From the IMG/VR virus record IMGVR_UViG_3300029197_000008: a stretch of 45,159 nucleotides of DNA. One strand, written 5' to 3'. This document shows positions 31,391-40,946 of this stretch, one piece after another (positions within the stretch are counted from its first letter, which is position 1; the number at the start of each line of letters is the position of its first letter). Source of the DNA: a virus. Made by a program: the position numbers and the translations under genes. The notes beneath the pieces were generated by a model. The model was not told the DNA's origin. It was given only the letters and a program-made list of their open reading frames with translations, and searched no databases.

Positions 31391-32557
31391 ATGGCAGCAA
31401 AAGCTAATCTTATTATGAGTAATGATATTCAGGTCACAGCACGTGAGATTGACTTTGTAACCAGATTCGAAAGAAACTGGGAACACTTACGCGAGATTCT
31501 TGGTATCATGCGTCCAATCAAAAAGACACCCGGAGCGGTTCTTAAATCAAAATACGCAGAAGGCACATTGCAGGATGGAAATGTTAAAGAGGGTGAAGAA
31601 ATCCCTTACAGCAAATTCACTGTAAAAGAGAAGCCTTATGCAGAAATGAGTATTGAGAAGTACGCAAAGGCTGTATCTATCGAAGCAATCAAGGATCACG
31701 GTTATGAAAACGCCGTTCAGATGACCGATGATGAATTCCTTTTCCAGCTTCAGACCAATGTTACTGAAAGATTTTATAATTATTTGAAAACAGGTACCCT
31801 CACATTTACAGAAACTACTTTCCAGATGGCCCTGGCAATGGCTAAAGGCCGTGTTGAGAACAAATTCAAACAGATGCACAGAAATGTGACTGGCGTTGTT
31901 GGATTTGTCAACATTCTGGATGTGTATGAGTATATCGGAGCAGCTGAGATTTCTATTCAGAATCAGTTCGGATTCCAGTATATGAAAAATTTCATGGGAT
32001 TCAATACAATCTTCCTGTTATCTGACAGCGAAATCCCGAGAGGACAGGTTATTGCAACACCTGTTGAGAACATCGTTCTGTACTATGTTGACCCGAACGA
32101 ATCTGATTTCGCAAGAGCAGGACTTGTATATACCGTATCTGGCGAGACAAACCTGATCGGATTCCACACTCAGGGCAACTACCACACAGCAGTATCCGAA
32201 GCATTTGCAATCATGGGACTTACCCTCTTTGCAGAGTACATTGATGCTATTGCTGTCGGAACTATCAACGTAACTCAGACACTTGGAACTCTGACTGTAA
32301 ACTCCACAGCAGGAAGTAAGAGCGGAGATACTAAAGTGACTGTTACTCCGACAAAAGCAAGCGCAGGAAATGCATATAAGTACAAAGTTGCATCTTCTGA
32401 GACTACTGTAGATTATGGCCAGAATGTGAAGAACTGGACTGCGTGGGATGGCGAATCTGACATTACCGCAACAACAGGGCAGGTAATCACAGTGGTTGAG
32501 TGTGACAGTACCTATAAGGCACTGAGCGCCGGACACGCAACTGTAACAGCAAAATGA
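31391..32557 (+). CDS. Major capsid protein with a C-terminal Ig-like domain
   Basis: 388 aa, positioned after the scaffold gene. The C-terminal TVNSTAGSKSGDTKVTVTP...ATVTAK region is Big_2-like. Confidence 0.85.
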   Translation: MAAKANLIMSNDIQVTAREIDFVTRFERNWEHLREILGIMRPIKKTPGAVLKSKYAEGTLQDGNVKEGEEIPYSKFTVKEKPYAEMSIEKYAKAVSIEAIKDHGYENAVQMTDDEFLFQLQTNVTERFYNYLKTGTLTFTETTFQMALAMAKGRVENKFKQMHRNVTGVVGFVNILDVYEYIGAAEISIQNQFGFQYMKNFMGFNTIFLLSDSEIPRGQVIATPVENIVLYYVDPNESDFARAGLVYTVSGETNLIGFHTQGNYHTAVSEAFAIMGLTLFAEYIDAIAVGTINVTQTLGTLTVNSTAGSKSGDTKVTVTPTKASAGNAYKYKVASSETTVDYGQNVKNWTAWDGESDITATTGQVITVVECDSTYKALSAGHATVTAK

Positions 32558-32569
32558 TAAGGAGCAGCT

Positions 32570-32725
32570 ATGGAGAACGATATAAAAGATTTTAAAGAAG
32601 CTATGAAAACAGCGGTTGAATGGTTTCAGAAGAACTGCAACCCGCACCAGAAAATCATCATTTCGGGTGATGGAGTGGAAATGGTTTCAGGAGAAATGGC
32701 TTTTCCTGTGAAACCTGTAGATTGA
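32570..32725 (+). CDS. Small hypothetical protein (51 aa)
   Basis: SD TAAGGAG. Confidence 0.5.
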   Translation: MENDIKDFKEAMKTAVEWFQKNCNPHQKIIISGDGVEMVSGEMAFPVKPVD

Positions 32726-32741
32726 TCAGGAGGTAACTGGC

Positions 32742-33236
32742 ATGGCTTATGCAGATTATAAATTCTATACAGAATCATTCGGCAATGTCGTGCCAGAAAC
32801 CGACTTTCCACGACTGGCAGAAAGAGCCAGTGATTTCGTGGACACAATGACATTTGACAGACTGGTGGATGGACTGCCAACAAACGAACGCTCTCAGAAG
32901 CGTATCAAAAAGGCAGTCTGTTCATTGGCTGAATTAATGTATCAGATTGAGCTTGCTGAAAAAAATGCTACCAATGCCGCCGCCAGTGGAATATCAACCA
33001 CAATCGGGTCCGGTGGTAGCACTACAGGCATTGTAACCTCTGTATCCTCTGGCAGTGAATCCATTTCCTACGCAACTCCTCAGCAGATCGGAGCAAGTGC
33101 AAAGGAATGGAGCGCAGTATATGCCGCCGCTGGAGATGTACAGAAAACAAATGACTTACTTCTTAAGACAGCTTTACCGCTTCTGATGGGAGTAAGGACG
33201 GATGATGGAATACCAGTTTTGTATGCAGGAGTGTGA
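32742..33236 (+). CDS. Head-tail connector (gp6-like) protein
   Basis: MAYADYKFYTESFG...FPRLAERASDFVD N-terminus is typical of connector proteins. Supported by position. Confidence 0.6.
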   Translation: MAYADYKFYTESFGNVVPETDFPRLAERASDFVDTMTFDRLVDGLPTNERSQKRIKKAVCSLAELMYQIELAEKNATNAAASGISTTIGSGGSTTGIVTSVSSGSESISYATPQQIGASAKEWSAVYAAAGDVQKTNDLLLKTALPLLMGVRTDDGIPVLYAGV

Positions 33237-33496
33237 TAGAAATGATGGAATTAAAACAGACCGTTGAAATGATGAATAGTGCAGATTACAAGGAACGCTT
33301 TAAGGCAGAGTATATGCAGGTGGTTATTCGATATAAGAAACTTGCGAATATGCTTGAAAAATGGGATAAAGGAGAACTCCCATTTACTCCTACTTGTCCG
33401 AGAAGCACTTACAATATGCAGGTAAGAGCAATGACGGATTATATTGCCGTTCTGGAAGCAAGGGCAGTTATGGAAAAAGTTGATTTGGAGGTATGA
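33233..33496 (+). CDS. Hypothetical protein
   Basis: Coupled to both neighbouring genes. Confidence 0.55.
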   Translation: MIEMMELKQTVEMMNSADYKERFKAEYMQVVIRYKKLANMLEKWDKGELPFTPTCPRSTYNMQVRAMTDYIAVLEARAVMEKVDLEV

Positions 33497-33768
33497 TTAT
33501 GGACATTTCAATATTAGGCTCATGCGTAGCAATCGTTATGATCTGTTACATCGTAGGAATGGGCTGCAAAGCATCAAAAAGAATCTCTGATGAATGGATT
33601 CCAGTAATCATGGCGGTTATTGGTGGGATTCTTGGAGCTGTCGGGATGGGAATTATCCCGGATTTCCCGGCAACGGATTATATCACGGCAGTTGCAGTCG
33701 GTATGTTTAACGGATTGTCGGCTACTGGTGTAAATCAGGTTATTAAGCAGACAGTGCAGAAAGAGTGA
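33493..33768 (+). CDS. Holin (A118 Hol118-like family)
   Basis: Hydrophobic segments. EWIPVIMAVIGGILGAVG ... GLSATGVNQVIKQ resembles Hol118. ATG 33499 has better SD spacing. Confidence 0.6.
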   Translation: MIMDISILGSCVAIVMICYIVGMGCKASKRISDEWIPVIMAVIGGILGAVGMGIIPDFPATDYITAVAVGMFNGLSATGVNQVIKQTVQKE

Positions 33769-33772
33769 TTTT

Positions 33773-34108
33773 ATGGGTGGACGTGGTGGAAGTAGCGGAT
33801 TCACAGCAAATTCTAAAGTAGTTACTTTTCCCAGGAAGGAAAAATCAAATAATAATTCCAGAAAATGGGATTATAGAGGTTTTGTCCAAAGAACTGATTC
33901 GCTTGAAAAAGCAGTTAATGAAGCGAATACGAGAAAAAAAGTACAAACAGTATTTAAAGGATTAAGGGATCATGACAAAAATATAACTGCTGAATTAGAC
34001 AGGATTGCTTCTGGAGTGAAAGATGCTGGAGATGAAAAGGCACTGATGACAGAAAGACGCAGAACGAGGTTATTAATCCGAAAAATTAAGTTCAAAGGAA
34101 TATTGTAA
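33773..34108 (+). CDS. Basic hypothetical protein starting MGGRGGSSG
   Basis: ORF with a weak SD. Coupled to the DUF4417 gene. Confidence 0.5.
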   Translation: MGGRGGSSGFTANSKVVTFPRKEKSNNNSRKWDYRGFVQRTDSLEKAVNEANTRKKVQTVFKGLRDHDKNITAELDRIASGVKDAGDEKALMTERRRTRLLIRKIKFKGIL

Positions 34109-34749
34109 TGGCAAACAAGTCAACCAGTATCGCATACGAAAATCTAAACCGTCGCATATTTTCCGGTGTTGGTGAATACGGTATACCGCAGATAGAACCT
34201 GAGACGTTTGAGGGAACCTGTGAATTTGTCGGCTTCAATTATGCCAGAGGAAAATGCAGCAATCCAGAAGAGAAAACCGTTCATTTCTTCTTAGATGACT
34301 ACCAGTTTAACGCGCTATGGAGAAACCCAGACAGGTACGCGGACAAGCTGAGCAGATTCCGGTACATTCTGACGCCAGATTTCAGCACTTACACTGATTT
34401 CCCGAAAGTTATCCAGATATACAATCATTACCGCAAACACTGGATAGGTGCATATTTGCAAGAATATGGTTGCCGTGTGATTCCAACAATATCATGGAGT
34501 ACACCGGATTCTTACGATTGGTGTTTTGATGGGGAACCAGAGGGCGGAACGGTTGCAGTATCTTCTGTTGGTTGCATGAATGGAAAGAAAAAGAAAGAAC
34601 TGTTTCTTTCTGGTTACAATGCCATGATTGAGAAGTTGCACCCAGAAAGCATTATCTTTTATGGGAAAGTGCCGGAAGAGTGTAAAGACAATATTGTCCG
34701 AATAAAACCATTCTCTGATAGATTTTTAAAAGCAATATGTGAAGGATAG
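34108..34749 (+). CDS. DUF4417-like protein
   Basis: VHFFLDDYQFNALWRNPDRY ... LTPDFSTYTDFP ... YRKHWIGAYLQEYGCRVIPTISW. Confidence 0.65.
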   Translation: MANKSTSIAYENLNRRIFSGVGEYGIPQIEPETFEGTCEFVGFNYARGKCSNPEEKTVHFFLDDYQFNALWRNPDRYADKLSRFRYILTPDFSTYTDFPKVIQIYNHYRKHWIGAYLQEYGCRVIPTISWSTPDSYDWCFDGEPEGGTVAVSSVGCMNGKKKKELFLSGYNAMIEKLHPESIIFYGKVPEECKDNIVRIKPFSDRFLKAICEG

Positions 34750-34758
34750 GAGGGTATC

Positions 34759-35220
34759 ATGTACGAAAAAACAGTGACGATTTTCAACTATTACGAATCA
34801 GCCACGACTGGAGATGCGTACTGGTACCCTCATGTTTTATCCGGTGTCGACCTTATTACGGACAAGGGGGCAATCCTTAAAAAGTACGGACCAGACGCAA
34901 CTGACAACGCACAGTTACACGTTCGTTATACTGTCCAGAACGGTGATATAACCATTGCTGATAAAGACGGTAAGATTCTTCCATGGGTGCCAGTTAAAGA
35001 GTGGAAAAGGCAGATTAACAACGCTCTGGAAGACACTATCACATTCTCAGATGAATCGTTCTTCTGGGAGGGTGAGTGGACTGGTGGAATAGTAACCGAT
35101 GGCGATTACCGAAATGGATTCTATCAGTACATGAATGAGAATAAGGATAATGTGTTCAAGATTACCAGTGTGGGCGGTCCGTATACGCTGATTCCTCACT
35201 TCGAGATTCTGGGTAAGTAA
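34759..35220 (+). CDS. Head-tail joining protein (hypothetical)
   Basis: Position and SD TAGGAGGG. Confidence 0.55.
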   Translation: MYEKTVTIFNYYESATTGDAYWYPHVLSGVDLITDKGAILKKYGPDATDNAQLHVRYTVQNGDITIADKDGKILPWVPVKEWKRQINNALEDTITFSDESFFWEGEWTGGIVTDGDYRNGFYQYMNENKDNVFKITSVGGPYTLIPHFEILGK

Positions 35221-35221
35221 T

Positions 35222-35713
35222 ATGAGTAAAATTCATCATTTCAAAGGGTTCTCCATGGTTGATGGAGATATGAAAATCAAGCTGAATATGGACAGATTTT
35301 CCAGACAGTATCAAGAAGCTCAGTATCTCCTTGATGGAATGGTTATGGACAGCATGGTGCCATTTATGCCGATGATTACTGGAGACTTTATCAATAAGAC
35401 AAGGGCAAGAAGTTCCTCTATGCAAGGCACAGGCTTTGTTTGTGCGGCGGCAGAACCTTATGGCAGATTCCTTTATATGGGAAAAACGATGGTGGACGAG
35501 CTGACTGGAAGTCCTTACGCTCGGCAGTATGCCAAGAAAGTTCTTGTTAGTCAGTTTTCTGGTCGGACAGCCGCAAAGGAGAATCTTGAATACACCAAAC
35601 AGGCTCACCCACGGGCACAATCCCAGTGGTTTGATCCCGCTAAACGACAATACGGCAGTACATGGATTCGCAAAGTAAAAGCACAGGCAGGAGGTGGCAG
35701 ACATGGCAGATAA
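35222..35713 (+). CDS. Minor capsid / head-tail joining protein
   Basis: Position between the connector and tail tube genes. Confidence 0.55.
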   Translation: MSKIHHFKGFSMVDGDMKIKLNMDRFSRQYQEAQYLLDGMVMDSMVPFMPMITGDFINKTRARSSSMQGTGFVCAAAEPYGRFLYMGKTMVDELTGSPYARQYAKKVLVSQFSGRTAAKENLEYTKQAHPRAQSQWFDPAKRQYGSTWIRKVKAQAGGGRHGR

Positions 35714-36203
35714 ACCTATCGGAAAAGATGCAACTGGATATGAGATTCTGACAGATGCCATGAAAGCACTTCTGAACCAGTATCCGGGACTGTACGATAA
35801 TGAAACAATCAAATTTGAGGAACTCGGAAAGGAATCAGGAATTGCATTCTCGGCAGACAACGGGGCGTTGGTCTATTCAGAAAAAGAAGATGTTTGCGGA
35901 ATAATGCACCAAATTTGTCAGTACCCATTTTATGTAGTGTACCGAACAGCATCCGACAAGGAACGGCAGAAGTTATCTGTTCAGAAGTTCCTGGATAATC
36001 TCGGTAAATGGATATGCCGAGAACCAGTTATCATAAATGGCTCTGAGACACGTTTAAATGCGTTTCCTGAGCTTTCACAGGGGCGAGTGATAAAACGCAT
36101 CACCCGTGACAACTCCTATGGTTTAGAGCCACAGGAGAGTGGTGTACAGGACTGGTTATTGCCATTATCGGTACGCTACGAAAACACTTATGAAGTAATA
36201 TAA
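35694..36203 (+). CDS. Minor capsid / tail terminator-like protein
   Basis: Position and SD CAGGAGGTGG. Confidence 0.55.
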   Translation: MADMADKPIGKDATGYEILTDAMKALLNQYPGLYDNETIKFEELGKESGIAFSADNGALVYSEKEDVCGIMHQICQYPFYVVYRTASDKERQKLSVQKFLDNLGKWICREPVIINGSETRLNAFPELSQGRVIKRITRDNSYGLEPQESGVQDWLLPLSVRYENTYEVI

Positions 36204-36284
36204 CAAGTAACAACCGGCTATCAGTTGGAGATAGTCGCTAACTTACACAGCCTTTTAAAAGTTATAGGCAGAAAGGACATTTCT

Positions 36285-36785
36285 ATGGCAGTTACAGGAA
36301 AGATTGACCGTAAATATATGGCTCATTATATTGACGCAGGTTCCCTCTGCGGAGGACTGACACCAAAATATGAGCGTCTTGGAAAGGACCTGGAAGAGTA
36401 CAACATCGAGCTCAACCCGGATACCGAAACATCTAAAAATATTCTTGGAGAATCCACATTTAAGCATAACGGCTATGAGGTATCTTCTGATGCCGATCCA
36501 TTTTATGCAGATACCACTTCTGACCTATTCACGGCGTTACAGAAGATTGTAGACGGACGCCTCAAAGACGATAGCCTCAAGACAAAAGCAGTTGAAGTTC
36601 ATCTCTGGACAGAAGCCACATCAGGCAAGTATGAAGCATATCAGCAGGACTGCTACGTTGTGCCGACATCCTACGGTGGAGACACATCTGGCTATCAGAT
36701 TCCATTTACTGTCAACTATGTTGGCGAACGTGTAAAAGGAAAATTTGATATCAGTTCCGGTACATTCACAGCTGACAGTGAATAA
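36285..36785 (+). CDS. Major tail (tube) protein
   Basis: ATG 36285 with SD GAAAGGA. 166 aa, immediately upstream of the chaperone genes and tape measure. Confidence 0.75.
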   Translation: MAVTGKIDRKYMAHYIDAGSLCGGLTPKYERLGKDLEEYNIELNPDTETSKNILGESTFKHNGYEVSSDADPFYADTTSDLFTALQKIVDGRLKDDSLKTKAVEVHLWTEATSGKYEAYQQDCYVVPTSYGGDTSGYQIPFTVNYVGERVKGKFDISSGTFTADSE

Positions 36786-36811
36786 GCACATACACAAGGA
36801 GGATATGCTAA

Positions 36812-37237
36812 ATGGCAAAAGTAATTAATACCAAAATTGATGATGGAATTTTTACATTCACGTTTACCAACAACGAAGACGAAGTTTTTTCTTCTTTCAA
36901 GCTTAACCCGACTGATATCAATGTAGCAGCACGTGCGGAGGAACTGGGAGAGTACTTTGACCAGCTTAAAAATTCTATTCAAAAAGTCACATCTGGTAAG
37001 GAAGTGGCAGAACTGAGCAAACAGATCGAAGACAAAATCAACTATCTGCTCGGATATGAAGCATCAAAAGACCTGTTCAAGGAGCCGATCACAGCGACTA
37101 CTGTATTCGGCAATGGTCAGGTATTCGCCTACATCGTACTTGACAAGATCGCAGAAGCAATCGCACCGGAAATCGAAAAGAGAAAAAAGAAAATGCAGAC
37201 GGCAGTCAATAAGTACGTGGAGAAATATACAAAATGA
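36812..37237 (+). CDS. Tail assembly chaperone
   Basis: Position between the tube and tape measure genes. SD AAGGAGGA. Confidence 0.6.
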   Translation: MAKVINTKIDDGIFTFTFTNNEDEVFSSFKLNPTDINVAARAEELGEYFDQLKNSIQKVTSGKEVAELSKQIEDKINYLLGYEASKDLFKEPITATTVFGNGQVFAYIVLDKIAEAIAPEIEKRKKKMQTAVNKYVEKYTK

Positions 37238-37806
37238 CCGCCTATGAGCTACCCACCTCACTGAACATAAGTGGGGTGGATTTTTCTATCAGAACGGATT
37301 TTCGAAAAATAATAGGCATATTAATCGCTCTTGGAAATCCGGATTTTAGCAATGAAGCGAAAGCAATAATTGCTGTTCAGATAATGTACGAAAAATGGTG
37401 GGAGATACCAGAAGAAAATTTAAGCGAAGCTCTTCAAAAAGCTTATGAGTTCATCGACTGCGGACAGTCTGACGATAATCCGAACCGCCCAAAACCCCGT
37501 TTGATGGACTGGGAACAGGACGGAGACATGATTGTGCCAGCAGTAAACAAGGTTGCAGGTAAAGAAATCAGAGCCGTGCCGTACATGCACTGGTGGACGT
37601 TTTTCGGATATTTCATGGAATCCGGCGAGTGCCTGTTCAACACAGTTGTTGGAATCCGGTCAAAAAAAGCAAAGGGCGAAAAGCTCGATAAATGGGAAAA
37701 GAAATTCTATCAGGAAAATAAGAACATTATTGATATAAAAACACGTCTCAGCGAAGAGGAGCAAGCGTACAAGGATGCGCTGAATGAGATGTTAAACCTC
37801 AAATAG
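37234..37806 (+). CDS. Gp15-like tail assembly protein
   Basis: YELPTSLNISGVDFSIRTDFRKIIGIL N-terminus. ATGA coupling with the upstream gene. Confidence 0.6.
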   Translation: MTAYELPTSLNISGVDFSIRTDFRKIIGILIALGNPDFSNEAKAIIAVQIMYEKWWEIPEENLSEALQKAYEFIDCGQSDDNPNRPKPRLMDWEQDGDMIVPAVNKVAGKEIRAVPYMHWWTFFGYFMESGECLFNTVVGIRSKKAKGEKLDKWEKKFYQENKNIIDIKTRLSEEEQAYKDALNEMLNLK

Positions 37807-37821
37807 TTAGGAGGTGAATGT

Positions 37822-40536
37822 ATGGCTGCTGATGGCTCAGTCATTATTGATACCAGAATGGATACAACCGGTGTCCAGAATGGTGTCTCAGCTATAAAAC
37901 AGTCATTTAACGGCCTTGGAAGTGCTGTAAAAAAAATCGGTCTGCTGATTGGTGGGGCTTTTGCAGTTGGTAAGTTAGTACAGTTCGGCAAAGAGTGCGT
38001 GGAACTCGGCTCTGACCTTGCGGAAGTACAGAACGTGGTCGATGTTACATTTACAACCATGTCTGACAAAGTAAATGAATTCGCAAAGAACGCCATGACT
38101 TCTGCCGGATTATCTGAAACTATGGCAAAAAGGTATGTCGGCACGTTCGGAGCAATGTCTAAGTCGTTCGGATTTTCAGAATCACAGGCTTACGACATGT
38201 CAACGGCCCTGACACAGCTGACTGGTGATGTGGCATCATTCTACAACATCAGTCAGGACTTGGCTTATATCAAACTGAAATCAGTGTTTACGGGTGAAAC
38301 GGAAACATTAAAAGATTTGGGCGTGGTAATGACCCAGTCGGCACTTGACCAATATGCACTTGCAAATGGCTACGGCAAAACCACATCTGCAATGACTGAA
38401 CAGGAGAAAGTTGCTCTCCGCTTTGCTTTTGTGCAGGAACAGTTATCAGCCGCATCTGGTGACTTCATTCGTACTTCTGACAGCTGGGCGAACCAGGTGC
38501 GAGTGATGCAGTTGCAGTTGCAGTCCCTCAAGGCAACAGTCGGACAAGGGCTGATTAATATTTTTACACCTGTTCTGAAAGTAATCAATATTCTTCTCGG
38601 TAAACTGGCGACTCTGGCAAACGCATTTAAGTCATTCACGGAGCTTATTACTGGCAAGAAATCTTCCGGTCAAACGAGCGGAAGTGGAGCAGGCCTTGCC
38701 GGAACAGACGCGATCGCAGATACAGCAGATCAGTATGGACAGGCAGCGGATAATGCAGAGAAACTGGCAGATGCCACGAACGACAATGCAAAAGCCACAA
38801 AAAAAGCGAATAAGGAAACAAAAAACTATCTTTCGTCACTTGATGAAGTTCACAAAGCCACATCTACTGGCAGCAATTCATCTTCCACACCATCTTCATC
38901 TGGTGGAAGTGGTGGAGCAGGTAACAGCGGTCTTCCGAGTTCAGTTGGTAATGTGGACTACGGAAATCTCGCAGAAGGTGAAACCGCGCTTGATAAGATT
39001 AGCGATTCCGCAAAGAAACTTGCTGACCTTCTCAAAAAACTCTGGAAACCGTTCCGGGAAGCATGGAAAAAAGAGGGTAAGAATACCATTGATGCGGCAA
39101 GTATTGCTTTGTCGGGAATTGCAAAACTTGCTAAGAGTGTAGGTAAAAGCCTTGTAGAGGTCTGGACAAATGGCACAGGCACAACGATGCTTACGACCAT
39201 GCTGAGGATTGCTCAGAACGTGCTTAAAACTATCGGTAATATTGCATCTGGTTTCGCTGATGCTTGGAATAAGAACAATGTCGGAACGCAGATTATACAG
39301 AACATTGCAGATGCCCTTGTGGTGGTTATGCAGTTTGTTGAAAAAATCGCAGAGGATACAGCAACATGGGCGGCAAACTTGGACTTCTATCCGTTACTAG
39401 AATCCATCAGTAACCTGACCAGTACCTTTGCGCCAATTCTGGAATCTATCGGAAATGTTCTTGAATGGATTTATAACAATATTGTTCTCCCAATGCTGAA
39501 ATGGCTGATTGAAACAGGAATTCCGACAGTGATTAACCTAGTGTCTGATTTGGCTGGATTCTTTGCAGATCATCAATCAATCATTGAAGCATTTGGCGCA
39601 GCTCTGATCGGAGCATTTGCGGCAGCGAAGATTGCAGGCTTAGCTTCGAGAATCGCAGGAAGTATAACGACAGTAGCAAGTTTCATTAAGGGTCTTATTG
39701 CACTCATGACCGGCTCTGGCGGCATTATTGGTGGAATCAAAGCCATTGCGACAGCTGTCGGACCGGGCGGAATTTTTATAGCAGCAGTAACAGCTTGCAT
39801 TGCGATTGGTGTATTGCTGTACAAAAACTGGGACAAAATAAAAGAAGTTGCAGGTGCGGTATGGAGTTGGATTAAAGACAAAACCATAGCTTTCGTTGAT
39901 GGAATAAAATCCAAACTAAGTGATTTGGCAGAAAAGATTGTTTCTATTTGGAATGGTATCAAATCAAGTGCAAAAGAAAAGTGGAGCGCTATATGGTCCA
40001 CTATAAAAGAAGTTGTAAAGAGGATAGTTGATGGAATCGTTGATAAATTCAAAAGTGCAAGAGACAAGGTTGTTGATACGTTCGAGGGTATTAAAAACAA
40101 AGTTAAAGAGATATTCAATAAAGTTATCGGTATCGTAAATGGCGCAATCGGTACGGTGAACGGCGCGATCAGTGGAATTGAATCTGCAATGTCATTTGGT
40201 CCGTGGGAAGTGCCTACACCATTCGGCTCTAAGACGATCGGATTTAGCGCAAGCTTTCCAAGAGTACCGACTATTCCATATCTGGCAAAAGGTGCAGTTA
40301 TTCCACCAAGAAGCGAATTTCTGGCTGTCCTTGGAGACCAGAAACAGGGTAATAACATCGAGGCACCAGAAGCACTACTTAGGAATATTGTCCGAGAAGA
40401 AACTGGTGGACAGCAGAGTAGTGGAAATTATCGTTTTACCGCTCAGATTAACCGAAGAACAGTGTTTGACGAAATTATCGAAGAAGCAAAGTTAAGACAG
40501 AATACAAGCGGCAGAAATCCGTTTGAACTGGCATAG
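37822..40536 (+). CDS. Tape measure protein
   Basis: 904 aa, helical, with Gly-rich and TM-like central segments. Canonical position. Confidence 0.9.
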   Translation: MAADGSVIIDTRMDTTGVQNGVSAIKQSFNGLGSAVKKIGLLIGGAFAVGKLVQFGKECVELGSDLAEVQNVVDVTFTTMSDKVNEFAKNAMTSAGLSETMAKRYVGTFGAMSKSFGFSESQAYDMSTALTQLTGDVASFYNISQDLAYIKLKSVFTGETETLKDLGVVMTQSALDQYALANGYGKTTSAMTEQEKVALRFAFVQEQLSAASGDFIRTSDSWANQVRVMQLQLQSLKATVGQGLINIFTPVLKVINILLGKLATLANAFKSFTELITGKKSSGQTSGSGAGLAGTDAIADTADQYGQAADNAEKLADATNDNAKATKKANKETKNYLSSLDEVHKATSTGSNSSSTPSSSGGSGGAGNSGLPSSVGNVDYGNLAEGETALDKISDSAKKLADLLKKLWKPFREAWKKEGKNTIDAASIALSGIAKLAKSVGKSLVEVWTNGTGTTMLTTMLRIAQNVLKTIGNIASGFADAWNKNNVGTQIIQNIADALVVVMQFVEKIAEDTATWAANLDFYPLLESISNLTSTFAPILESIGNVLEWIYNNIVLPMLKWLIETGIPTVINLVSDLAGFFADHQSIIEAFGAALIGAFAAAKIAGLASRIAGSITTVASFIKGLIALMTGSGGIIGGIKAIATAVGPGGIFIAAVTACIAIGVLLYKNWDKIKEVAGAVWSWIKDKTIAFVDGIKSKLSDLAEKIVSIWNGIKSSAKEKWSAIWSTIKEVVKRIVDGIVDKFKSARDKVVDTFEGIKNKVKEIFNKVIGIVNGAIGTVNGAISGIESAMSFGPWEVPTPFGSKTIGFSASFPRVPTIPYLAKGAVIPPRSEFLAVLGDQKQGNNIEAPEALLRNIVREETGGQQSSGNYRFTAQINRRTVFDEIIEEAKLRQNTSGRNPFELA

Positions 40537-40547
40537 GAGGTGGAAGA

Positions 40548-40946
40548 ATGGCAACTATTCCAAAAAGCATAACAGAACGATACAAGATGAACGGGGCCTC
40601 CATCTATCAGCCAGATAAAGATATGGGTTATAACCTCGAAACAACTTATTCAGAAGGTAGTAACCGTACGCAGTTCGGAAAAGCGTTGTTAACTCCATTG
40701 TTTACAGTTGAACAGTATAGCTATGAAGCATCAAACGTTCCAGTTATAGAAACAAACAAAATTCTCAAAATTATCGCAAAAGGAAAAACTTTCAATTTGT
40801 ACCATTGGTCGCTTTACCACATGGCATGGAGAACTGACCCGTTTTATGTCGGAAAAGCAAGCCTAACTATTGGAGAAATTTCGCCAGACTTAAAATTTGT
40901 ATCAAAAATATCTTTTAACATGCAGGGGGTGAATCCACTTGATTAA
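40548..40946 (+). CDS. Distal tail protein-like
   Basis: Position after the tape measure. Only 132 aa, which is short for a Dit. Confidence 0.5.
   Translation: MATIPKSITERYKMNGASIYQPDKDMGYNLETTYSEGSNRTQFGKALLTPLFTVEQYSYEASNVPVIETNKILKIIAKGKTFNLYHWSLYHMAWRTDPFYVGKASLTIGEISPDLKFVSKISFNMQGVNPLD

Noticed and set aside
37183-37189. A_AAA_AAG slippery heptamer in phase near the 3' end of the tail chaperone gene (a possible G/GT -1 frameshift)
   Set aside because: The -1 frame hits TAA at 37210-37212 before reaching gene 37234-37806, so no fusion product is possible. The two genes are instead ATGA-coupled.
39573-40358. 261-aa minus-strand ORF inside the tape measure gene (and similar antisense ORFs at 32018-32647, 35162-35860, 37710-38144)
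   Set aside because: These are antisense to strongly supported structural genes and have no translation signals.
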